IMG/VR virus record: IMGVR_UViG_3300020576_005620
Location: 32,001 to 96,000 of that record
Reading direction: 5' to 3' (one strand)
DNA from: a virus
Lineage: Duplodnaviria; Caudoviricetes
DNA: 64,000 bases
This document shows, in pieces, positions 56,589-64,000 of this stretch. Under the pieces are notes generated by a model. The model saw only the letters and a program-made list of their open reading frames with translations, searched no databases and was not told the DNA's origin. Position numbers and translations under genes: made by a program. How positions within the stretch are numbered: position 1 is the first letter of the stretch; the number at the start of each line of letters is the position of its first letter.

Positions 56589-58231
56589 TGTCAGAAATTG
56601 TTTGGCTTAATGAAGATTCAAAGCAGATCTTAAATAGGGGTTATCTTAATGGTCTTACTGTAGAAGAAAGATTGAAGCAAATTGGGGATAGGGCCGAGGA
56701 GATTCTAGGGATTCCTGGCTACTCTGTTAAATTCCAAGATTACATGGCTAGGGGGTGGTTCTCATTATCTACGCCTATGTGGGCAAACTTTGGTAATGAT
56801 AGAGGACTCCCTATTAGTTGTAATGGTTCCTATATTCCAGATGATTTAGGTGGAATTCTGGAGAAAGCCTCTGAGGTAGGCATGATGACCAAATATGGTG
56901 CGGGTACCTCTGCTTATTTTGGTCATGTTAGAGGTAGAGGAGAAAAGATATCTAGGGGTGGAACTACAAGTGGTTCCGTCCACTTTATGAGTCTGTTTGA
57001 ATCTACAACCAGTATTGTCAGTCAATCAAACATTCGAAGAGGTGGGTTTGCTGCTTATCTAGATGCTGATCATCCAGATATTATGGAATTTCTTGATGCT
57101 CGAGAAGAGGGTCATTTCATCCAGCATATATCTCTTGGTGTCTGCATTTCAGATGAATGGATGGCTGACCTAAAGGCAGGTAAAGGTAGAAACTGGGAAG
57201 TCTGGACACGAATCATTAAGAAAAGATACGAAACAGGTTATCCCTATATTGTATTTACAGGTAATGCAGAAAGAGGGAAACCACAAGTTTACAAAGACTT
57301 GGATATGAAGATTCTGTCTTCAAATCTATGTACGGAAATTTTCCTTCCACTCTTGCTTGATGAATCTTTTGTATGTGTTCTATCATCAATGAATTTATTC
57401 TATTATGATGACTGGAAGGATACTGATGCTGTAGAAGTTCTTCTCCAACTTCTGGATGCATCTGTAACTGAGTATGCTGAAAAAATAAAGGATATTCCTT
57501 TTATGTCAGCTCCATACAATTTTGTTACCAGACACAGAGCTTTGGGACTTGGTGTTCTTGGCTGGCACAGCTACCTTCAGAAAAATATGATTCCTTTTGA
57601 GTCAATGAAAGCAAAGATGCTTAACAACTCGATTCATAAAAACATATTTGAGAAGGCTACCAAAGCAAGTCAAGACTTAGCTAACCTTCTTGGTGAAGCC
57701 CCTATTATGAAGGGAAGAGGAATGCGAAATGCTACAGTTATGGCTATTGCACCAACTACAACTTCATCAGCTATTCTCGGACAGGTATCACCTTCTGTAG
57801 AGCCTTTAAGAGATAATTACTTTGTTAAGGATCTCGAGAAGGGTAAATTTACATACAAAAATCCAGCTCTTCTAGAACTCTTAGAAAAGAAGGAAAAGAA
57901 TACTCCTGCAACTTGGAGAAGTATTCTGAAGAAGGGTGGTTCTGTACAACATCTAACATTCTTAACAGACGAAGAAAAAGCTGTTTTCAAAACGTTTGGT
58001 GAGATCTCTCAAAAAGAAATTATCATCCAGGCTGCTCAAAGACAGAAATACATTGATCAAGGCCAGTCTATCAACCTCATGATTGATAGAACCGTCCCAC
58101 CAGAGGACACAGCTTTGCTTTTAATACAAGCTTACGATTTAGGTCTAAAATCATTGTACTATCAGAGAGGGACTAATCCTGCTCAAGAACTGAGTAGAAA
58201 TGTCCTTACATGTGTATCTTGTGAAGGCTAA
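56588..58231 (+). CDS. nrdA: ribonucleotide reductase class I alpha subunit
   Basis: GLPISC, SNLCTEI, AIAPT, DQGQSINL, KSLYY, C-terminal CVSCEG. Confidence 0.96.
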   Translation: MSEIVWLNEDSKQILNRGYLNGLTVEERLKQIGDRAEEILGIPGYSVKFQDYMARGWFSLSTPMWANFGNDRGLPISCNGSYIPDDLGGILEKASEVGMMTKYGAGTSAYFGHVRGRGEKISRGGTTSGSVHFMSLFESTTSIVSQSNIRRGGFAAYLDADHPDIMEFLDAREEGHFIQHISLGVCISDEWMADLKAGKGRNWEVWTRIIKKRYETGYPYIVFTGNAERGKPQVYKDLDMKILSSNLCTEIFLPLLLDESFVCVLSSMNLFYYDDWKDTDAVEVLLQLLDASVTEYAEKIKDIPFMSAPYNFVTRHRALGLGVLGWHSYLQKNMIPFESMKAKMLNNSIHKNIFEKATKASQDLANLLGEAPIMKGRGMRNATVMAIAPTTTSSAILGQVSPSVEPLRDNYFVKDLEKGKFTYKNPALLELLEKKEKNTPATWRSILKKGGSVQHLTFLTDEEKAVFKTFGEISQKEIIIQAAQRQKYIDQGQSINLMIDRTVPPEDTALLLIQAYDLGLKSLYYQRGTNPAQELSRNVLTCVSCEG

Positions 58232-58271
58232 GTGTGCAAACCCATTAGTGCAATCTACAGGTGGTTGAGAC

Positions 58272-58313
58272 AAAAAGGGTGGTCCTAGTGACTGCCCTTT
58301 TTTGTGTTATAAT
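58272..58313 (+). terminator. terminator followed by extended -10 (TGTTATAAT)
   Basis: AAAAAGGG...CCCTTTTTT then TGTTATAAT. Confidence 0.65.
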
Positions 58314-58323
58314 GGTCTTATAC

Positions 58324-58608
58324 ATGAATTCAGAAACGAATTATAAACCCAACTCAAGAGTAGCCTCCATTACTTTTACTAGAACTATAGTAGAAAAAGG
58401 CACCATACTTGTACCTATTGACACCCCAGAAACTGCACCAGTTTCTCTTGTTAAAAAAGCTGCTATTCAGGCTGCTGAAAAAGCCCTCTTTCATGCTAAC
58501 GAAGTAGAATACAAAATCTCTGCTATAGGTTCTGTTGCAGATGTCACTGAAGTATATTACGTAGATGAGGACGGGGATATAGAGGTTGAAGACCCTCTAA
58601 TTATTTAA
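58324..58608 (+). CDS. hypothetical protein
   Basis: ATG at 58324, downstream of the -10 box. Confidence 0.65.
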   Translation: MNSETNYKPNSRVASITFTRTIVEKGTILVPIDTPETAPVSLVKKAAIQAAEKALFHANEVEYKISAIGSVADVTEVYYVDEDGDIEVEDPLII

Positions 58609-58610
58609 CT

Positions 58611-58961
58611 ATGGACATACCAAACCATTACTATTTAACTGTTGTTGAAGAGCAGAATAAATCAACAATTGATATCTATTCGGTTCCCTATTCTGTTAGA
58701 CAGAAAATTATAGATCTTTTTGCAGAAGGCTATGGTTTGGTATGTATTTCACAAGGACCGAAAAAGAATAAAAAAGTCCTTCTACTCTACACTGATGATA
58801 AGAGTCTATCTAGAGTTATATCGGATAAGTATAATGATATTTACTCCTTAACCCCCTTTCCAGTAACTATAGAAGAGAAAACTTTAAAGTGGATAGGTGG
58901 AAGGACGGAACCAAAGGTAGAGATCACAAATGGCTTTATTTACGGAGCAAAGTTAATTTAA
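58611..58961 (+). CDS. hypothetical protein
   Basis: 116-aa ORF. Confidence 0.65.
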   Translation: MDIPNHYYLTVVEEQNKSTIDIYSVPYSVRQKIIDLFAEGYGLVCISQGPKKNKKVLLLYTDDKSLSRVISDKYNDIYSLTPFPVTIEEKTLKWIGGRTEPKVEITNGFIYGAKLI

Positions 58962-59368
58962 TGTTAGATTACAATAAGTACACAAAAGATTCCTCAAACT
59001 TTAACATAACCAAAGAGGGTTATGAAAAATGCAAAGATAGAATCTCCAATTATGTTGAGATGCTTCACCATTGCATAGGCATAGTAACAGAAAACGCAGA
59101 GCTTTTAGATGCTCTGAAGAAGCATATTTATTACAATAAAGATATTGACATTCCTAATCTTGTCGAAGAGGTTGGCGATATACATTGGTATGCTGGACAA
59201 CTTCTAACCCTAACCGCAGAACTAGCTGGGATTACTCCTCAAGAAGTGCTAGCTATAAATACCAGAAAACTAAGCAAAAGATATCCTGATAAGTTTTCTG
59301 AAGATTCTGCGATTAATAGAGACTTAGAAGAGGAAAGAGCTGTTCTAGAAGACGGAGTATCTAACTAA
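58961..59368 (+). CDS. MazG-like NTP pyrophosphohydrolase
   Basis: GIVTENAELLDALKK...EEVGDIHWY...NTRKLSKRYP. Confidence 0.9.
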   Translation: MLDYNKYTKDSSNFNITKEGYEKCKDRISNYVEMLHHCIGIVTENAELLDALKKHIYYNKDIDIPNLVEEVGDIHWYAGQLLTLTAELAGITPQEVLAINTRKLSKRYPDKFSEDSAINRDLEEERAVLEDGVSN

Positions 59369-59853
59369 TGTTACAGGAGGTAGTTCTATTAGCTATCCGA
59401 GTGATATTTCTTTTTCTAGGAATATATCAACTGATCGTAAATTCTCAGATCTATAAAGACTTTGTAGGTGAACCAGCTACCTCCTATACTATCTCTCCCA
59501 CTGGAACTGTTATAAATAAAGGTTCCACAATTCTTAAGGGAAAGAAAGATAAAGTAGTTGTGAATGGAGAAGAGGGGGATTCACCTCTCTCCGTAACTAT
59601 TACTACAAAGTCGAATTACTTGTTTTCAAGTAAACAAGTTGCTATGGGTTATTTAGCTGAAACTATACAGGCAAAGACATCCCATGGTTTCACACTCTTC
59701 TACGGAGAAGATAATGATGGTATTGATTTCTTTATGTTAAGTAGAGATAAATCTTATCCTGAAAAAGTGTATTCTTCTTATACTTATGGAAGAACTATGA
59801 CAGATGTCTTATCTAAATTTAAGCCTAGCTTAATGCAAAATAACCCCGCCTAG
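59368..59853 (+). CDS. membrane-anchored hypothetical protein
   Basis: N-terminal hydrophobic segment. Confidence 0.65.
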   Translation: MLQEVVLLAIRVIFLFLGIYQLIVNSQIYKDFVGEPATSYTISPTGTVINKGSTILKGKKDKVVVNGEEGDSPLSVTITTKSNYLFSSKQVAMGYLAETIQAKTSHGFTLFYGEDNDGIDFFMLSRDKSYPEKVYSSYTYGRTMTDVLSKFKPSLMQNNPA

Positions 59854-59874
59854 AACAGACGGGGTTATTTTTTT
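59837..59874. terminator. bidirectional terminator at the strand switch
   Basis: AAAATAACCCCG/CGGGGTTATTTT between convergent genes. Confidence 0.8.
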
Positions 59875-59883
59875 AGAATCGAA

Positions 59884-60261
59884 TTAGGCTATGCCTAGTT
59901 TTAGGCTAATGTCAGCGGTAAAACCTCTAACATTGTTGATTCTAATTCTAAGAGGTGGAGTTTTATCAACCTGAGCATTAATAACAATTGAAGTACTGTA
60001 CAAAGCCCATGGAGAGTTATCCATAATCAATGAAGCCTTCAAGATGTTGACTTCTACGCCATTGAGGGTTGTTTTTTCCAGCCCGATAATCACATCAGCT
60101 GGTCCAGGAATTGACAAAGTTTGCTGCCCACCAAGCTTGATGTCTGCTACTTCGAACTCCTGATTCACAGTTGACTTAACTGTCTTGTTCCATTTAAATG
60201 GACCGATCTGATCTCTAAACTTAATAGAGTATTCGCCGCTTGCTTTAATTTTGACTTTCAT
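59884..60261 (-). CDS. hypothetical protein
   Basis: 125-aa ORF. Confidence 0.7.
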   Translation of the reverse strand: MKVKIKASGEYSIKFRDQIGPFKWNKTVKSTVNQEFEVADIKLGGQQTLSIPGPADVIIGLEKTTLNGVEVNILKASLIMDNSPWALYSTSIVINAQVDKTPPLRIRINNVRGFTADISLKLGIA

Positions 60262-60265
60262 CTTT

Positions 60266-60862
60266 CTAACCTGACATGTATTCTAAGAGCTTTGTTTTCA
60301 AACTCTCAGGAATTTCTGATTTAGGAACAGTCTCCCCACTTAATATGGAATCAACAATTAACTGTTCCCTGAGTTCTAAGCTCTGAATCCAAAGATTGAA
60401 CAGAACTTCGTCCTCAAATTCGTGGACATCCTCGCACTCCTCTAGGTCAATATGTTTACAGCTAATATTGCCTTTTGTCATATCAACTATAGCTTCCTTG
60501 AAACAAAGAACTATAGTAGACGCTAGATTAGTTTCGCACCGGATAATGGCTTCTAAGACAGCTTCCCTACCTGTGTTGTATAGTTCCTCTTTGTCGAAGA
60601 CGGATAGTTGTTTCTTTAACGATCCAGCTATAACATCAAATGGGGTGTCCTTACTACCAAAGTATCTAAGAAAAGTTTTTTGATAACTAGATCTCCAGTT
60701 AACTCGCCCAGTCATACAAACATGGACTAAGCTAACCACCATTCTTTGAAACATGTATAAAAGGCGGTCTCGTGCCTCTATATCACCAGCCTTAGCTTTT
60801 TCTAGTAAAGCTGGGATATCATCTGGATTGAATCTCTCTGTAGAGGATGCTTTCTTCTTCAT
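60266..60862 (-). CDS. sigma-70-family-like factor
   Basis: LLEKAKAGDIEARDRLLYMFQRMV...EELYNTGREAVLEAI; C-terminal LELREQLIV. Confidence 0.7.
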   Translation of the reverse strand: MKKKASSTERFNPDDIPALLEKAKAGDIEARDRLLYMFQRMVVSLVHVCMTGRVNWRSSYQKTFLRYFGSKDTPFDVIAGSLKKQLSVFDKEELYNTGREAVLEAIIRCETNLASTIVLCFKEAIVDMTKGNISCKHIDLEECEDVHEFEDEVLFNLWIQSLELREQLIVDSILSGETVPKSEIPESLKTKLLEYMSG

Positions 60863-60870
60863 TACAAAAT

Positions 60871-62004
60871 TTACCGACTACCTCTAGATCTTCTTTGTGG
60901 TTTAGAGCGCCTTGTTCTACTTTTTTCAAAAGTCATTCTTTCAAAGATATCTTCATCATCATCGTGATGATATCTTGGTTTTGAAAACTTAGATTCAGAT
61001 ATGGAAGAGGGTGATATGACTCTTGGTTCTCCGTCTAGAAGTCTTCTCAATTCTGGTTTTACTATTTTCTTAGTTAGAATTGCATCTGCAGCCTTAACAA
61101 TATCGTGATGTACAGCTAACTCATCAAAAGCGTGAATTTCTATAGCACAGTCAAACGGAGGTACCGTTTCTCGCTCTTGTACGGTCTTCTGTGACCCTCT
61201 TCGCTTCGCTTCGTCGTCTGATAGGGTAACTGTCTTAACGCCGCCTACAAGCCCCGCTAGAGGCTTATTAAGCACTAAGTCTTCCAGTACCTGTCCGTGC
61301 GCCGTTGCAATAATTTGGACACCACGCTTCGCAATTGTTTGTACAGCCAAACTTTCTTCAACAGTAGAAACTTCATCAATGATGATAACCTGCGGATTGT
61401 GATTCTCTACAGCCTCAATCATGACATCATGCTGGGCTTTAGTTGGTGGAACTTGTATTCTCCTAGCCCTGCCAATAGCTGGGTGTGGAGCATTTCCTTC
61501 ACCACCAATTTCATTACTAGTATCTACTACCACAACCCTCTTTCCAAGATCTGAAGAGAGGATTCTTGCTACTTCTCGAAGAAGTGTAGTTTTTCCAGTA
61601 CCGGGAGATCCCAACAATAAAAGACTTTTATTCTCTTCTAGAAGATCTTTAATAAGTGATGCGTTACCTGCGAAGGGTCTTGCAACCCTAATGGTTAACC
61701 CAACAGGGGCACCTTTCTTATTAACAATTCTAGAGACTCTGTGCAGTGTGCCGTTAATACCAGATCTATTATCTATCCCCGGTTCCTCAACCCTAGATAT
61801 AATATGCTCTAAAGTTTTTAGATCTACCACCACGTCTGTTATAACGGTGCGGTTACCAAGGTAGAGAAGTTCTACACAACGATCAAGGTCCAATGCTATC
61901 TCTACTAGAGAGTCTGGATCATCAATCATTGATTTGATTTTCGTAGGGAGAATGGTGAGAAGTAGATCGAGATCTGATTCTGTGCGCTTTTTACGGTATG
62001 CCAA
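60871..62004 (-). CDS. Ycf45/SpoIIIAA-like AAA ATPase
   Basis: NRSGINGTLHRVS, GSPGTGKTT, VDTSNEIGG, AVENHNPQVIIIDE, ATAHG. Confidence 0.92.
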   Translation of the reverse strand: MAYRKKRTESDLDLLLTILPTKIKSMIDDPDSLVEIALDLDRCVELLYLGNRTVITDVVVDLKTLEHIISRVEEPGIDNRSGINGTLHRVSRIVNKKGAPVGLTIRVARPFAGNASLIKDLLEENKSLLLLGSPGTGKTTLLREVARILSSDLGKRVVVVDTSNEIGGEGNAPHPAIGRARRIQVPPTKAQHDVMIEAVENHNPQVIIIDEVSTVEESLAVQTIAKRGVQIIATAHGQVLEDLVLNKPLAGLVGGVKTVTLSDDEAKRRGSQKTVQERETVPPFDCAIEIHAFDELAVHHDIVKAADAILTKKIVKPELRRLLDGEPRVISPSSISESKFSKPRYHHDDDEDIFERMTFEKSRTRRSKPQRRSRGSR

Positions 62005-62144
62005 AAATTTCTCCTAAAACTCCTAAAGGCGATGACTCACTAACTTTAGGAGAAGTTCCTTACAAGAGAGTGTGCCTTTAGTTGCCAAGTGGCCAATGCT
62101 AAGCTAAGCTTAGTTGCACAGGTGAGCCACAGGAGGTGACTCAC

Positions 62145-62154
62145 CCAAATAGAG
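62145..62154 (-). promoter_or_regulatory. CTCTATTTGG motif (minus strand)
   Basis: intergenic and co-oriented with the - strand genes. Confidence 0.5.
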
Positions 62155-62158
62155 GCTC

Positions 62159-63013
62159 TTAGTTAGTCAGCTCAACTGCGCCAGATTGCAGGAGCTTGAT
62201 CTTGAGGTGAAGAGCGTTAGCAACATCTCGTAAAAATACCCAGGTATTTCCTTTTTCATCAATGCTGCTTATGTTAAGTTTGAACGTTGAGAACGTAATA
62301 AAGTTCCCAGACTTTTTAAGAGTGCTAACTAGACTGCTGTCAAGAGCAGTTAAGAAAGCTCGTGCAGGTACTTGAATCCTTCCATCCTTCTCCCTAGTAT
62401 TGGTAAACAATGTTTTGTTTGGAAGGGTAATTGTGGGTGATTCAAATGTTTCAACCTGATCTTCATGATCATCCTGAGACCCCATATATTGATGAAGCCT
62501 AGCTATAATGTCCGCCTTGTTTACTTTAGTCCCTGGGCAGGTCTTAGATGTTTTGGGATCATCTCTGTGAAACTTAATACTCTCTGGTGAAGCTCCCAAA
62601 CTCTCCAACATAATTGCACCCGCAGCGATAGCATTATCTCTAACTTTAGCTCCTCGCCCAGTTGTAAAAGATTCATTGTCGTAGTCCCCAAGCATTTCCA
62701 TACCCCAATATCTGGAGTTGAACGAAACAGCGTGTACCCCTCTTCTATCCATTCTTTGGAATACAATAATGCCATCACCAACATCATCAATGAAAATGTG
62801 AGGTGCGCCGTTCCACCCCAAAGTCTTTCCGTAATAATCTCGAAGATTAATTAGGTGTTGGGCTGAAAAACCGTTAGGTCTCTGCGCCAAGGAAGGGGAT
62901 GCAGTGTGGTGGTAAGTAACTGAAATAGGTTTGAAGGAAGAAAAAGTTAAGCCCGAGAGGTACTGTTTAAATTCCTCTCGGGTCATTCTCTTTCCAATAA
63001 ATGGAATTGACAT
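62159..63013 (-). CDS. N-acetylmuramoyl-L-alanine amidase (endolysin-like)
   Basis: YHHTA, GWNGAPHIFID, GVHA, GMEMLGDYD, FHRDD..TSKTCPG. Confidence 0.9.
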   Translation of the reverse strand: MSIPFIGKRMTREEFKQYLSGLTFSSFKPISVTYHHTASPSLAQRPNGFSAQHLINLRDYYGKTLGWNGAPHIFIDDVGDGIIVFQRMDRRGVHAVSFNSRYWGMEMLGDYDNESFTTGRGAKVRDNAIAAGAIMLESLGASPESIKFHRDDPKTSKTCPGTKVNKADIIARLHQYMGSQDDHEDQVETFESPTITLPNKTLFTNTREKDGRIQVPARAFLTALDSSLVSTLKKSGNFITFSTFKLNISSIDEKGNTWVFLRDVANALHLKIKLLQSGAVELTN

Positions 63014-63016
63014 AGT

Positions 63017-63637
63017 TTACTTCGTCACAATTTTGCTGAAATCAGGTCCAGCTGTTGCTTGCAGAATTGCTTTTTGATCAATCTGTTGTGGCTGCTGTTG
63101 GCTGGCACTTTCAAAGATTGCAACAATCATGCACATAATTCTCATCTCAGCTGGGGTTGGTTGGAAGCCAATACCAGCCTTTGCCAAGAGCTGGGAAACA
63201 CCGTACTTCATATCAAACTGTTGAAGTGCGATCATTTCTCTCTTAGATTTTGTCATAAACGAAACAAAGAGTTGAACAGGGGCTAGAGCATTAAGATACT
63301 CTGGGTTAGCCTGTGCAAAATAACCAGTAGGAGCAGACTTTACTGGAATGGATTTACACATTTTTCTGAATTCTTCGTTGACTGTTTCCCAATCCAGCCC
63401 GCTTGAATCATTGAAGTCTTTAGGCAAGTCTGCTAAACTAAGTGCCTCTGAAACTGTTTCGTACAAATCTTCGTGAACAGTCAGAGACTCAATAGCGTCA
63501 CCACTTGTGGCGAATCTAAGTATAGCGTCTGAGAGGAGAGGCTTTAGCTCTTCAATCTGTTCCTCTTTTGTCTTCTTTGTCAGTTCCCACTCGTTGAACT
63601 TTGTTTCCACTATCTGAATCGGGTTTTCTGTGCTCAT
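63017..63637 (-). CDS. hypothetical protein
   Basis: 206-aa ORF. Confidence 0.7.
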   Translation of the reverse strand: MSTENPIQIVETKFNEWELTKKTKEEQIEELKPLLSDAILRFATSGDAIESLTVHEDLYETVSEALSLADLPKDFNDSSGLDWETVNEEFRKMCKSIPVKSAPTGYFAQANPEYLNALAPVQLFVSFMTKSKREMIALQQFDMKYGVSQLLAKAGIGFQPTPAEMRIMCMIVAIFESASQQQPQQIDQKAILQATAGPDFSKIVTK

Positions 63638-64000
63638 CTTCTGTACTTTTCTTTTTAGGTTTTAAAACTTCTTCTGCGTTTTGCAGAGAACCATCCGCAT
63701 CCTCAAAATAGATCTTATCCATTTTAGGTTCCTTTATTACTATTGTCTTGAACCCACTCTGCTAGTACTCTTGGCCTATCATAAACGATAACAGACCGAC
63801 CCTCTACTAACTTGAACGTAGGCTCTGAAAGTGCATCTTTTTTAGTAATGGCCAATAAAATATTGCCCCCTTTTAATACACCATTCACTACTGTATAGGC
63901 TTTTAACACTAACTGGAATTTATCTAGAGTTAAACTAGAAATGATTTCTAGAATGGGATCAAATGTTTCAAATGTCTGATTAAGCAGTGCCACAGAATAT

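Noticed and set aside
51295-58231. Inteins or introns in polA, recA, nrdAB
   Set aside because: Lengths are normal and no splicing motifs are seen; polA has only a ~45-aa insertion between motifs A and B
1-64000. Stop-codon reassignment (TAG read-through), suggested by plausible in-frame sequence after TAG at 2052 and 5462
   Set aside because: Conserved genes are uninterrupted in code 11, thyX ends at its expected C-terminus with TAG, and no suppressor tRNA is seen
1-64000. CRISPR, TIGR-like or other regular repeat arrays; reverse transcriptase, integrase, transposase
   Set aside because: No periodic repeat-spacer pattern or catalytic motifs found by eye

Overview
64 kb of a large, AT-rich dsDNA bacteriophage genome, standard genetic code, almost all genes on + until a convergent - strand block at about 59.9 kb. 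Main blocks: (1) ThyX and a NAMPT-like + PRPP-synthetase-like pair matching the NARP1 NAD+ reconstitution anti-defence architecture; (2) an RNA island at 5.5-14.5 kb with 6 recognisable tRNAs, 2 aberrant tRNA-like genes, a tmRNA with a non-canonical tag, a minimal AlaRS-like gene and at least five unexplained structured RNAs, one present twice; (3) nine tandem paralogous small ORFs; (4) a candidate phage ubiquitin-like conjugation locus at 20-27 kb (ThiF/E1, putative beta-grasp modifier ending WGK, three paralogs with a conserved Cys domain, C39/papain-like peptidase), followed by MoxR-vWA; (5) a replication, recombination and nucleotide module (DnaB, primase, UDG, dNMP kinase, dCMP deaminase, split SbcC + SbcD, Pol A, RecA, SSB, NrdAB, MazG-like); (6) sigma-like, Ycf45/SpoIIIAA-like ATPase and amidase genes on -. 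A 10-mer CTCTATTTRG at five gene boundaries is a candidate phage late promoter. All calls come from manual motif reading and base-pair inspection; no database searches or folding programs were run.
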